Positions 10,784 through 20,667 of a DNA stretch of 64,000 nucleotides are shown piece by piece (position 1 is the first letter of the stretch; the number at the start of each line of letters is the position of its first letter). Made by a program: the position numbers and the translations under genes. A model generated the notes under the pieces. That model ran no database searches. It saw nothing but the letters and a program-made list of their open reading frames with translations, and was not told the origin of the DNA. Origin of the DNA: Nitrosopumilus sp. (GTDB taxonomy: Archaea > Thermoproteota > Nitrososphaeria > Nitrososphaerales > Nitrosopumilaceae). The stretch lies in NCBI GenBank assembly GCA_036525555.1, contig DATDAD010000030.1:12212-76211 (forward strand), given 5' to 3'.

Positions 10784-11653
10784 TCAAATATCTCGGAATT
10801 TTACCAAATTGTAAAAATAAGAGGCATTATTTTGGATGGCTCCTTTTTTAGGAATTTTTTGTAAGCCAACTTTATTGGATTCTAATGCAGCCTGAGCAGC
10901 ACCCCCGGCAAAACATAGAGCCCACAAAAAGTCTTTTTCTTTGAGCATGGTACAAGTAAATGCAGCGCAAAAAATATCACCTATGCCCGTGGTGTCATAG
11001 ATTTGTCGGTTAGGTAAAGTAATAGAATAAATTTTATCTTTGACTAATAAGGACACCTCAGTTTTATTGGTCAATATCACATATTCAATTCCTTTTTTTT
11101 GCAGTGCCAACATCATTTCATCATGAGTTCCACCAACAATTTGTTGTGATTCTTCAGGATTAACCTTTATTGCATTAACACTAGATAAATCAAGATCAGT
11201 TTTATCTAAAAAGATATTATTTTGAGAATCTTTTCGTCTCAGAAATCCCTGCGGGTCAACGAAAAGAAAGTTTGAATCATTTTTAATTTTTTTAAAAACT
11301 TCATCAGAAATTTCATGGTATATTGGACTAACAAGATGAGCGTCTGCATCAGATGTGAAATAATCTATTTGTTCACATTCATTTTCTAGTCTCAATATTC
11401 TATCGGAACCAGTTATAGATATGGCAAACTTTGTTGTGTTTTTTTCAGATTCAGAATTTTGAAAACGGATGTTATGTTCAGATAAATATTGTTTTGGAAA
11501 ATCAGGACCAAATTTTGTAAACAAATCTACATCAAAATTGAATTCTCTTGCAGTGATTCCACAATAACAAGATGCGCCACCTATTTGCTCGTAATTATTT
11601 CCATCAAGCGTTATTGTATCAATTGCACAATGAGAAAAAAGGGCTAATTTCAT
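10784..11653 (-). CDS. PfkB/ribokinase-family kinase; ATG at 11653 preferred
   Basis: QIGGASCY, VDPQG, IKVNPEE, DTTGIGDIFCAAF. Confidence 0.85.
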   Translation of the reverse strand: MKLALFSHCAIDTITLDGNNYEQIGGASCYCGITAREFNFDVDLFTKFGPDFPKQYLSEHNIRFQNSESEKNTTKFAISITGSDRILRLENECEQIDYFTSDADAHLVSPIYHEISDEVFKKIKNDSNFLFVDPQGFLRRKDSQNNIFLDKTDLDLSSVNAIKVNPEESQQIVGGTHDEMMLALQKKGIEYVILTNKTEVSLLVKDKIYSITLPNRQIYDTTGIGDIFCAAFTCTMLKEKDFLWALCFAGGAAQAALESNKVGLQKIPKKGAIQNNASYFYNLVKFRDI

Positions 11654-11915
11654 TTTTCTTAATTTTATCAGTATAGATTTAGTTTTTTGCATTAATTTTT
11701 GATTTGCAGTCATGACAAAGAATCTGACCTTTGAGGATCTCCAATTCAACCCCAGATCTAAAGCAAATGTGACACAATCCACGCATAATATATCAATGAG
11801 AATGATTCGATCTAAGATTAAAACTTGAGGGATTTTTACCAAAAATGTAGGCACGGAATGGAGAATGTTGATGAAAATTCTACAAGAATATAAGTAGGCA
11901 AATTTGTTCATGTTC

Positions 11916-12203
11916 ATGCCACTTAAGCGTGCAAGTAGAGGTCGTACAAAAGGAGGGAAGGGATCCTCAGGAGTTGTACAATGCACAAACTGTGGACAAA
12001 CAGTCCCAAAAGATAAGGCAAAAAAAGTGACATCCAGATTAAATCTAGTTGAACACACATTGGCAAAAGAACTTCGTGCACAGGGCGCTTACATTGCATC
12101 ACCAACAGTTTTGAAACATTACTGTATATCATGTGCAATTCACTTTAAGATTTTGAAAATTAGATCTGCAGACAGCAGAAGAAAACGCGGTAAACTACGT
12201 TAG
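11916..12203 (+). CDS. rps26e: 30S ribosomal protein S26e
   Basis: MPLKRASRGR, VQCTNCG...VPKDKA, YCISCAIH. Confidence 0.95.
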   Translation: MPLKRASRGRTKGGKGSSGVVQCTNCGQTVPKDKAKKVTSRLNLVEHTLAKELRAQGAYIASPTVLKHYCISCAIHFKILKIRSADSRRKRGKLR

Positions 12204-12246
12204 AATTATTTAATTTTATATTTTCACAAAAGTAAATTTTCTATTC

Positions 12247-12423
12247 TCAAGAATTTTCATAACCAACAGTTCTCATACCTGCACAGGGCTTTTTTCCTTT
12301 GCTCCAACATTTACAAGAACAAGAGACAGCTTTTCCGCTTTCTAGGTCTTTAACGACTTTATGAAAAACACCCTCTCGGATTTTGGATTCAATAGATATT
12401 GTTTCAAATCTATCATCTGCCAT
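12247..12423 (-). CDS. 58-aa SWIM-zinc-finger-like microprotein (not in ORF track)
   Basis: Translated by hand: MADDRFETISIESKIREGVFHKVVKDLESGKAVSCSCKCWSKGKKPCAGMRTVGYENS. Confidence 0.6.
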   Translation of the reverse strand: MADDRFETISIESKIREGVFHKVVKDLESGKAVSCSCKCWSKGKKPCAGMRTVGYENS

Positions 12424-12469
12424 GAATAAACTAGAAAAGGTGTAAACTTAAGGGTATTGATAAGTTTGA

Positions 12470-13042
12470 TCATTCTTTAATGTTTTTTGCAGTGAAAATC
12501 ATTCTTTGAATCAAAGTGATTCCGGCAATAATTACCACAATCATTATTGCATAATCCATAAAACCGACAATTCCAATAATTGCAATCACCAAAAGTCGTT
12601 CAGCTCTTTCACCTATTCCAATACCTTGAAGTTTGATGTTGATGATATCAGATTTTGCCCTCGCATAGCTTACGAGCAAAGATAGTGTAATTGCAAGCAA
12701 TACAAGATATGGCTCTACATAACCTCCAATCAAAATTCCTAAAAAGATTGCAACTTCAGCAATTTTATCAAACATTGAATCAAGATACTCACCTTTTTTT
12801 GATGTCTTTCCAGTAACTCTTGCTACTTGTCCATCAACCATATCAAAAAATCCCGAAACAAGTAAGAGAATACCACCAATAATCAATCCAAATTCAATTC
12901 CCATTCCATAAACGATTGCAGAGACTAGTGCAAACCCAAGGCCTACAAAGGTCCAAAAATTAGCAGACAGCCCTGTTGCTGCAAACCCCTTACCTATTTT
13001 TTCAAGAGTTGGCCTTAGGGTATCCCGAAGATTGTTTAACAC
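12470..13042 (-). CDS. CDP-alcohol phosphatidyltransferase (archaetidylinositol-phosphate synthase-like)
   Basis: DMVDGQVARVTGKTSKKGEYLDSMFD signature; SYARAK; GIGERAER. Confidence 0.92.
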   Translation of the reverse strand: MLNNLRDTLRPTLEKIGKGFAATGLSANFWTFVGLGFALVSAIVYGMGIEFGLIIGGILLLVSGFFDMVDGQVARVTGKTSKKGEYLDSMFDKIAEVAIFLGILIGGYVEPYLVLLAITLSLLVSYARAKSDIINIKLQGIGIGERAERLLVIAIIGIVGFMDYAIMIVVIIAGITLIQRMIFTAKNIKE

Positions 13043-13174
13043 GAGATACACCCAAAATACCATCTAATAAAGTGAACAGGAGAAAAATTAAGGCAAAACA
13101 GGGCAAAAATTACTCAAATTATGAAAATCATCATTAGAATCAGGAAGGATATTGGATGATAGAAAAATAAGAAG

Positions 13175-14047
13175 TTATTTTTGAGATAAATTAATGGCAA
13201 TCAATGTAGAGATAATTTTTGCAGCAAGAGATGCTGTAGAACCATTATCATGATATGGATTCAACTCCACAATATCAACACCGGTTACTTTGGTTTCTTT
13301 GAGAGTATGAATCATATCAAAAAGTTCTCTTGATGTAATGCCTACAGCTTCTGGATTTCCAACACCAGGAGCAAATGCAGGATCTAAAACATCAAGATCA
13401 AAACTAGAATAAAGCGTATCAAATGTTGAAACATAGTCTTTTAGAAGACCAGGTCCCTTTCCATCTCTTATTTCCTTATCAGTAATTGTTTTGATTTTGT
13501 TTTCAGTAAGAAACTCTAATTCTTCTTTTACAAAAGCACGTGCACCAACATGCAAAATATTTTCAGAGCCACGCTCCTCAACAATTCTTCTCAAATAGGA
13601 TGCATGGCTTAATTTGATATCAGCAAATTCGTCTCTTAAATCATAATGTGCATCAAATACAACATATCCTGTTTCTTTTGGAAAGCTTGTGTATGTTCCA
13701 TATGTAATGGAATGTTCTCCACCAAGAATAAACAATTGTCTTTGTTTTGAAACAAGCTCAGTGGTGATTTTTTTTATCATATCAATCATTTCTGATGCAA
13801 CAACGGTATGGCGAGTATTTCCCAAATCTTCAATATTGACAGTTTCCAAATCAATTCCTAGTTCAGGATGAAAAATCTCAATATTGTTAAAAGAGTCGCG
13901 AATAGAGTCAGGACCGAATCTACACCCAGGTTTGTAAGAGTGGGTTGCATCAAAAGGAATTCCAAATATCGTGGCAACAGGCTCAGAATCATCATCTGAG
14001 GCAGTTATCAGAGGATTTTTGTTCATGTATAAATCAAGAAAACTCAT
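13175..14047 (-). CDS. speB: Agmatinase
   Basis: GIPFD, GGEHSIT, FDAHYD, SHAS, SFDLDVLDPAFAPGVG. Confidence 0.93.
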   Translation of the reverse strand: MSFLDLYMNKNPLITASDDDSEPVATIFGIPFDATHSYKPGCRFGPDSIRDSFNNIEIFHPELGIDLETVNIEDLGNTRHTVVASEMIDMIKKITTELVSKQRQLFILGGEHSITYGTYTSFPKETGYVVFDAHYDLRDEFADIKLSHASYLRRIVEERGSENILHVGARAFVKEELEFLTENKIKTITDKEIRDGKGPGLLKDYVSTFDTLYSSFDLDVLDPAFAPGVGNPEAVGITSRELFDMIHTLKETKVTGVDIVELNPYHDNGSTASLAAKIISTLIAINLSQK

Positions 14048-14050
14048 TTT

Positions 14051-15919
14051 TTACACCATCAGATTGGGTCTCTTTGAGAGATACTTTGGTAAATTCAAAC
14101 CAGTGAAAGGTTTTCCTTTGGTTTGCTCTTTAATTTCTTTAATAAAATCATCAAACGATATCTCTCTCACATCTCCTGTTTGCCTATCACGAATACTAAG
14201 GTTTTGTGAATTTGCTTCTTTATCGCCTATTACCAGAATGTATCTAATCCATTCTTTTTCAGCTTCCCGGATTCTTTTTCCAATACTTTCATTTCGGTCA
14301 TCAATGTCAACACGCACGTCATGGGCAGAGATTTTATCAGTAAGAGTTTCAGTGAATTCATTAAAGTCTTCTTTAAGAGGAATGATTCTAACTTGTGTAG
14401 GAGACAGCCAAAGAGGGAATTGTGGTTTGCGTCCTTCATAGGAATCCTTGGCAGCTTTTTCCAACAAGGCATAAATGATTCTCTCAATTGCCCCACTAGG
14501 AGAATTGTGTAAAATAATGGGGTTTTGTTTCACATTATTTTCATCAACAAAGTCAATTCCATATCTTTTTCCATTTTCAACATCAATCTGATCTGTCGAT
14601 AAAGCAGATGCCTTTCCAAGACCGTCAATAAAGTTAAACTCCCATTTCAATACAAAGTAAAAGAATTTCTCTTTCCACATTTCAACTAATACGGGCCGTC
14701 CATGTTTTTTTACCAGTTCTTCAATTGCAGGTTTATTTTCATTGTAAAAGTCCTCAGTAAATCTAATTGCCATGTCATAATCAGTGTCATGGATTCCAAG
14801 TTCTCTAAGAACATTTTGAGAAAGATCAAATCGAACCTTGATTTCCTCAACCGCTTGCGGCATATCTTTACAAAATGCATGGCAGTCAGGCATGGTAAAT
14901 GCCCTTAGACGTCTCAATCCAACTAGTTCTCCAGATTGTTCTCGTCTAAAGCTATAACGAGTAAGCTCATAGAGTTTGAAAGGCAGAGTCTTGTAAGATA
15001 ATTGGTATTGATTAGCCATGAGAAATTGGCCAAAACACGCAGCAAATCTCAAAAAAAGTTTTTTTCCTTCTGAATCTATATTGTACTGTCTGGCTGGAAA
15101 TCGATTAAAATAACTTACCATACTTGGATGTTCAGAATCGTACATGATTGGAGTTTCAACTTCATACCCGCCATATTCCTTAACTCTATCAGTAACATAT
15201 CTTTCAATCAATGATTTGATTAGACGACCATTGGGATAAAATCGCATGTTGCCAGAATCAGATGCAGGCTCATAATCAGCTATACCCATTTTTTTCATCA
15301 GTGCAACATGTGGTGGAGGTTGGTCTACTTTGCGAATTTTTGCAGATTCGTATTTTGCTAAAATTTCTAATTTTTTATGTTTTGAGAAATCAAAATCGCC
15401 GATGTTAGTCATTGTTCCATCAGGAGAAAGTATTTTCCAGTATGAGCGAATTTTAGATTCGCCTTTAAGAGCATCTGAAGTAATCTCGTCATCAGATTTT
15501 AAACCAGATGCGTCTTTTGTTACAACCTTGGAGCTTTCTGCAAGAGGATGTCCCTTTACTTGAATTTTGTATGACTTTGTCCAACCAAATGGAGAGTGAG
15601 ATACGTCAAGATCTGATGCACCATCTTCCATCTCTTTTAGCAGACTCATGGCAGTTGATGGTTTTGCAAGATTAGAGCTAAGATGAGCATATGGATATAG
15701 CAGTAATTTTTTGCATCCAATTTTTTCCATGGATGATTTAATTTGAGATATTGCGTTTTGTGCCACAGAAGAGTCATCACCATCTTCGATGGCTACAAAA
15801 ACTACTACAAGTTCCTCTAATCTGGTGGTCTGAGGATCTGCAATATCCTCGGCAGATTTTATCTCCTTTTTTGTAGGAGTATACTCGATATTATCACAGT
15901 GTAATTGCAATATACGCAT
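14051..15919 (-). CDS. thrS: Threonyl-tRNA synthetase, archaeal type with N-terminal editing domain
   Basis: MRILQLHCD, YPYAHLS, LRFAACFG, LRAFTMPD, PLWLSPTQV. Confidence 0.97.
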   Translation of the reverse strand: MRILQLHCDNIEYTPTKKEIKSAEDIADPQTTRLEELVVVFVAIEDGDDSSVAQNAISQIKSSMEKIGCKKLLLYPYAHLSSNLAKPSTAMSLLKEMEDGASDLDVSHSPFGWTKSYKIQVKGHPLAESSKVVTKDASGLKSDDEITSDALKGESKIRSYWKILSPDGTMTNIGDFDFSKHKKLEILAKYESAKIRKVDQPPPHVALMKKMGIADYEPASDSGNMRFYPNGRLIKSLIERYVTDRVKEYGGYEVETPIMYDSEHPSMVSYFNRFPARQYNIDSEGKKLFLRFAACFGQFLMANQYQLSYKTLPFKLYELTRYSFRREQSGELVGLRRLRAFTMPDCHAFCKDMPQAVEEIKVRFDLSQNVLRELGIHDTDYDMAIRFTEDFYNENKPAIEELVKKHGRPVLVEMWKEKFFYFVLKWEFNFIDGLGKASALSTDQIDVENGKRYGIDFVDENNVKQNPIILHNSPSGAIERIIYALLEKAAKDSYEGRKPQFPLWLSPTQVRIIPLKEDFNEFTETLTDKISAHDVRVDIDDRNESIGKRIREAEKEWIRYILVIGDKEANSQNLSIRDRQTGDVREISFDDFIKEIKEQTKGKPFTGLNLPKYLSKRPNLMV

Positions 15920-16039
15920 GTAATGAGTTGTTAAAATGCTCATAAATATACGATTCCCAAAAAAGGCATTTGCCCCATTACACGAGATCGTGAGGAGTTT
16001 TTACTAATGAAATTTATTCAGAAATAAAGTAAATTATGT

Positions 16040-16186
16040 ATGCATAGCAAAAAGAGTGAAAAAAGACATCAGGAATTGCTAAAAGAAAAGAAAGAACTAG
16101 AAGATAACAGACCACATGGTATCGATGAAATGAGACGCTGGAAGCATTCAATGGGTAAAATTTTGCAAGAATTGGAATTATACTAG
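16040..16186 (+). CDS. 48-aa helical microprotein (not in ORF track)
   Basis: MHSKKSEKRHQELLKEKKELEDNRPHGIDEMRRWKHSMGKILQELELY; fills the gap cleanly. Confidence 0.6.
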   Translation: MHSKKSEKRHQELLKEKKELEDNRPHGIDEMRRWKHSMGKILQELELY

Positions 16187-16249
16187 TTTACTTGAGGATT
16201 AATTTTAAACCTAAATTCAAATGTACCAGTTTTGGAGAATTACTTTAGG

Positions 16250-16747
16250 ATGAATCCATCAGATGTGTTTAGAAAAAGAAATCTCTCAAAAGTTAATTTT
16301 GATTATGAAGAATTAGTTGGAAGGGATTTATCAGACACAAATATGCGAGGAGTGAATCTCAAAAACAGAGATATTCATAATGCTGATTTGAGTTGTTCTG
16401 ATCTTAGTGAAGCTGATTTGAGTGGAGCCATATTGTTTAGTGTAAAACTAAGAGGAGCAGACATGCGAGGTGTAAATCTCTCAAATGCAAAACTTTGGGA
16501 TGCGGAACTGTATGGAGCTGATTTGAGAAATGCAAACATAAGTGGAGCAGATTTGTTTTATGCTGATTTGAGAAATGCTGATTTGGACAATGCAAACATG
16601 CAAGGAGTAAATCTTAGACATGCAAATTTTACAGGTACAGTATTGACATCAGTTAACTTTGCAGGAGCCAATTATGATGCACACACTTTGGACACAATTT
16701 CAAAGGAGGCAAAAATTGTTTTACAGAGCCAGGGGAATCCATGGTAG
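16250..16747 (+). CDS. Pentapeptide-repeat protein
   Basis: Tandem A(D/N)LXX repeats (ADLSC SDLSE ADLSG...). Confidence 0.92.
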   Translation: MNPSDVFRKRNLSKVNFDYEELVGRDLSDTNMRGVNLKNRDIHNADLSCSDLSEADLSGAILFSVKLRGADMRGVNLSNAKLWDAELYGADLRNANISGADLFYADLRNADLDNANMQGVNLRHANFTGTVLTSVNFAGANYDAHTLDTISKEAKIVLQSQGNPW

Positions 16748-16773
16748 GCGATTCAAAATATTAAATTAAAAAA

Positions 16774-17109
16774 TTATTTCAATTTTTCTTCTAGTGCAAT
16801 TATTGAGCGCAAAATTAAACCAGAAATTCCCAAATTAGATTTAAGAAATGTACTTGCCCTCAAAAGAGATTCTTCCCCACGAAATCCTTCATCATAAATC
16901 ATTTCTATAGATCCTTTATCAGTCTCAACAAAAGAGGTAATCAAAGAAAAAGTACCCAACTTTTCATCAGTTTGTTCGGAATAAAGTCTTAATTCTACTC
17001 TTGAAATTTTAAAATTATCCTGGATAAAATTTCCAGAAGAGAGCAAAACCTCAACAGCGTCTGGAGTTCTATCTATCCGTGTAGGATCATGTAAATCTAC
17101 AAAATTCAT
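16774..17109 (-). CDS. Hypothetical protein
   Basis: 111-aa ORF with protein-like composition and no competing ORF. Confidence 0.65.
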   Translation of the reverse strand: MNFVDLHDPTRIDRTPDAVEVLLSSGNFIQDNFKISRVELRLYSEQTDEKLGTFSLITSFVETDKGSIEMIYDEGFRGEESLLRASTFLKSNLGISGLILRSIIALEEKLK

Positions 17110-17160
17110 TCTGTATCATTTAGAATTATTCCTAAATAAGTAATAATATCTACAAAGAAA

Positions 17161-18465
17161 TCAATTCGAATCTCTCGCTATTTTATCAAAGACACAACTT
17201 GCAGTAAGATCTCCTGTAACATTTACCATAGTTCTAATCATGTCCAAGATTCTATCTACAGAGAGTAATAGTAAAATTCCAACTGGAGGAATGCCAACGG
17301 TTATGAGTATAGTTGATAAGACAATTACGCCTGCTCCAGGGACAGCAGGGGTTCCAATAGAAGCTAAAAGAGATGTTATGATTATCACCAATATTGACAC
17401 CATACTCAATTCTATTGCAAAGAGCTGTGCCAAAAAGAAGACAGCTATTACCTGGTAGAGGGCAGTGCCATCCATATTCACAGTGGTTCCTAGTGGAATT
17501 ACAAATTTTGAAATTCGTGTATCTATTTTTAGATCTTCTTCGGCAACCTTTAACGTCACCGGCATTGTGGCCATTGAGCTTGCAGTTGAAAAAGCCAAAG
17601 TTTGAGGATTACGGAATTTTGTAAATGTGGAAGAGACAGATCTTTTTGCTACAAACTTTAAGATCAATGCATATACCAGTAACATAATTCCAAGACCCAA
17701 AACAACTGTTCCCATGTATACTCCCAATCCAATCATTGTTCCCATACCAACTGTTGCAACCATACCAACAATCAATCCAAAAACGGCAAAGGGTACAATC
17801 TTCATTGAAATCAATAGAATGTGTAGTGTGATTTTTTGAATTGATTCTAGCATATCTAAAAGCGGCTTGACTGATTCTTTTGGGAGAACTGCCATTGACA
17901 GCCCTACAATGAGTGCCATTACCAAAATGCTAAACATCTGTCCTTCAAGATATGAAGAAATAGGGTTTTTTGGGATTATGTTGGATACTGCATTTGGTAT
18001 GTCGTCTAACGAAAAACCTTCTGTGACTTTTAAATCATCTTCAGAAAGATCATGTGTCTCTTGGAGTGCAGTAAGATCTAAAATACTTCCGGGGGCAATA
18101 ATTGATGCAAGGGATATGGCTACAAGTATTGCAATGGTCGTAGTAATTACAAAATAGGTACCAATACCCAATCCTAGAGTTTTTAGTTTATCCTTTGCCC
18201 CTAAGTTAGTTATAGCCACAACAATGGATGTAAAAATTAACGGAACAATAATCATCAAAATTACACTCAAAAATATGTTAGCAGGAATTTTTAGATATAA
18301 CGATAAAGAATCCAGAGAATCATCGTCTACCCCAACACCTACATCATCACCTAAAATCAACCCTACACAAAGTCCTATGACTAAGGAGAATACAACTTGT
18401 AGCCACAAATTTTTGAAAATATAATTTTTAATCGCCATTTCGTACATATTGATTTTCAGCATCAA
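17161..18465 (-). CDS. Dicarboxylate/amino acid:cation symporter (DAACS, GltP-like)
   Basis: AFSTASSMATMP, GTTVNMDGTALY, IGTPAVPG, VDRILDMIRTMVNVTGD. Confidence 0.95.
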   Translation of the reverse strand: MMLKINMYEMAIKNYIFKNLWLQVVFSLVIGLCVGLILGDDVGVGVDDDSLDSLSLYLKIPANIFLSVILMIIVPLIFTSIVVAITNLGAKDKLKTLGLGIGTYFVITTTIAILVAISLASIIAPGSILDLTALQETHDLSEDDLKVTEGFSLDDIPNAVSNIIPKNPISSYLEGQMFSILVMALIVGLSMAVLPKESVKPLLDMLESIQKITLHILLISMKIVPFAVFGLIVGMVATVGMGTMIGLGVYMGTVVLGLGIMLLVYALILKFVAKRSVSSTFTKFRNPQTLAFSTASSMATMPVTLKVAEEDLKIDTRISKFVIPLGTTVNMDGTALYQVIAVFFLAQLFAIELSMVSILVIIITSLLASIGTPAVPGAGVIVLSTILITVGIPPVGILLLLSVDRILDMIRTMVNVTGDLTASCVFDKIARDSN

Positions 18466-18513
18466 TCAAAAAGGATTCGATAGTATTATTTACCAAAATA
18501 TTAGTTTTCAAAC

Positions 18514-19608
18514 ATGGATCCACATGAATTTCATGGCAAGGATATTCCCCACATCAAGCTAGATCCGAAAATGACCATAGAAGATTTGGTAGATGTTTTT
18601 GCAAGTTCAGGGTTTAATGGGAGACAGCTTGGAGATGCAGCAAAACTTTATGCTAAAATGATCAAGGAAGATGCAACAATATGTCTTACAATCTCAGGGG
18701 CAATGACACCAGTGGGATTTGGAGGAATAGTCAAAACATTGATTGAAAGAGGTTTTGTAGATTGGATAGTTACAACTGGAGCCAATGTATACCACGAAGA
18801 TCATTTTGCATGGGGATTGCCAGTAAAACAAGGTAGTTTTGATGTAGATGACATGAAACTCTACGAAAACGAAATTGTTAGAATAAGAGATGTGTATATT
18901 AAATTTCATGAAACGCTAGAAGCGCAAGATGAACTAGTTCAAAAAATGTTTGGGGATGATTTTCCAAACAAGCCATTTACTACCGCTGAATTTTGTAATT
19001 TGATGGGAAAGATTAGTAAAGAAAAAGCCAAACACCCCGAAAAAAGTTTCATTACAACTGCTTATGACTATGATGTTCCAGTGTACATTTCAACAATGAA
19101 AGACTCATCATTGGCATTAAATTTGGCAGTTCACAGATTACGAGGTAAAATATACAACTTGGACTTTGTGCGAGAGATTATTGAGCAAGCCGCAATTCTA
19201 TATGATTCAAAAAAATCAGGGATTTTGGAATTAGGTGGAGGTGTGCCAAAAAACACAGCTCAGCAGACAGGCCCACTTTTAGATCAAATTCTAAAAAGAG
19301 ATGATGGAGGACAAGATTACATTATTCAGATTACAGATGCACGTCCAGATACTGGAGGTCTTTCAGGAGCTACACTGCAAGAGGGCAAAAGTTGGGGAAA
19401 AGTTCAAGATGCACATAATGGAATGGTAACAGTTTATGCTGATGCCACAATAGCTTTTCCAATTCTTGCATTGTACGTTCTTAGCAACCAAAAAACAAGA
19501 AAACCAAAAAGACTTTACAAAAAACTAGACAGACTATATGAAAAATTAAGTGAGAATTATTTCAAAAATCCAGATAATAAAATAAATAAATCAAAAAAGA
19601 AGAACTAG
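18514..19608 (+). CDS. Deoxyhypusine synthase-like protein (possibly homospermidine synthase)
   Basis: SGAMTP, TTGAN, DSS, GGGVPKN, TGGLSGATLQEGKSWGK with the catalytic Lys. Confidence 0.88.
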   Translation: MDPHEFHGKDIPHIKLDPKMTIEDLVDVFASSGFNGRQLGDAAKLYAKMIKEDATICLTISGAMTPVGFGGIVKTLIERGFVDWIVTTGANVYHEDHFAWGLPVKQGSFDVDDMKLYENEIVRIRDVYIKFHETLEAQDELVQKMFGDDFPNKPFTTAEFCNLMGKISKEKAKHPEKSFITTAYDYDVPVYISTMKDSSLALNLAVHRLRGKIYNLDFVREIIEQAAILYDSKKSGILELGGGVPKNTAQQTGPLLDQILKRDDGGQDYIIQITDARPDTGGLSGATLQEGKSWGKVQDAHNGMVTVYADATIAFPILALYVLSNQKTRKPKRLYKKLDRLYEKLSENYFKNPDNKINKSKKKN

Positions 19609-19817
19609 AACTTGTCAAATCTAGCACGTTCAAGATCTCGATCATCTTTAGACTCTTTCTTGTATTCTTTGTAGTGTTCTTTACAAAGAACTGTTTTTTT
19701 TCCAGTTGAATTTACGCGGAGTCCAGCGTTTTCAACTTTGCTAGTATTAAGAGAACGTGCACCATCTTGATCACAGCCTTCAAAATTGCATTTTGCACCT
19801 TTTGATACTATTCCCAT
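19605..19817 (-). CDS. Small Cys/His protein
   Basis: CNFEGC...LCKEH. Confidence 0.7.
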   Translation of the reverse strand: MGIVSKGAKCNFEGCDQDGARSLNTSKVENAGLRVNSTGKKTVLCKEHYKEYKKESKDDRDLERARFDKF

Positions 19818-19938
19818 ACAGAATACTAATCAAGATGTTATTTATACTTGAAAATTATTTTCAGATTTTTTAACTCATATAGGTAAAGTATCAAAAAACG
19901 GTACATCGTTTATAAGAGGAATATTTTTTTCTTAATTT

Positions 19939-20247
19939 ATGGGTGGAGCTAAAAAACCAACTGCTGGAAATAAAGACAAATCTGCAGGTTCTAAAGATAC
20001 AAAGAAAAAGAAAGACAAGGGTGAAGGCGGACCAAAGAAAGCAGAAATTACAGTTTTGGTTAATGAGCAACAAGCATTAAAAATTATTCAAAATTCCAAA
20101 GTTGTAACAGTCCAAGATCTTGCAAGACAAACAGGAGTTAAGATTTCTGCAGCAAATGCATTCCTAAAAGAATCTACAAACAAAGGAATTGTGAAAAGAG
20201 TTGGCGGATATTCAGGCCATCATCTGTATCAAGCAGTATCTTCATAG
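19939..20247 (+). CDS. rps25e: 30S ribosomal protein S25e
   Basis: Lys-rich N-terminus plus wHTH VTVQDLARQTGVKISAANAFL...HHLY. Confidence 0.85.
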   Translation: MGGAKKPTAGNKDKSAGSKDTKKKKDKGEGGPKKAEITVLVNEQQALKIIQNSKVVTVQDLARQTGVKISAANAFLKESTNKGIVKRVGGYSGHHLYQAVSS

Positions 20248-20615
20248 ATAGATAAGACGTCACCGGATTTAGCATCTTTTAATAATTCAAAATCACCATC
20301 TAGTTTTCCAATAGGAGTCATCGTTTTAGCAAAGACAGTATCGTTTAAGAAAAAACAAATGCTTCCAGTAGATGGCAAAAATGCAACATCGCCTTTTTTG
20401 AATTCAGTTCTTGATCTTTCAATTCCAGAGTCAACACTAGTTTCAAAATACAAAATACTTTTTCCCAGAAGATGAGCATGTCCTTCCAATGGCAAAGATC
20501 TCATAATAGTTCCAACAGTTCGTGGAGATAGATGACGTTTTAGGTCACATGTGATTTTTGCCTTTCCACGAATTTCTAAAATTAGTTGCTTTCTGGAGAC
20601 TGACGATGTACTCAA
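20229..20615 (-). CDS. Cyclophilin-like fold protein
   Basis: SPRTVGTIMRSLP, FKKGDVAFLPSTGSICFF, MTPIGK. Confidence 0.8.
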   Translation of the reverse strand: MSTSSVSRKQLILEIRGKAKITCDLKRHLSPRTVGTIMRSLPLEGHAHLLGKSILYFETSVDSGIERSRTEFKKGDVAFLPSTGSICFFLNDTVFAKTMTPIGKLDGDFELLKDAKSGDVLSIYEDTA

Positions 20616-20667
20616 TTCGTACTTTAAAATGATTAGATTATATAACGTTTTAAGAAAATTTTGTTAC

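Noticed and set aside
11712-11828. 38-aa ORF MTKNLTFEDLQFNPRSK...
   Set aside because: No recognisable motif; too weak to call without homologs.
11654-12058. 135-aa N-terminal extension of PfkB in the ORF track
   Set aside because: It overlaps rps26e on the opposite strand. The PfkB fold starts at ATG 11653.
16250-16747. Repeated GCTGATTTGAG-like DNA units resembling a CRISPR or tandem repeat
   Set aside because: They encode the pentapeptide repeats; no spacers or cas genes.
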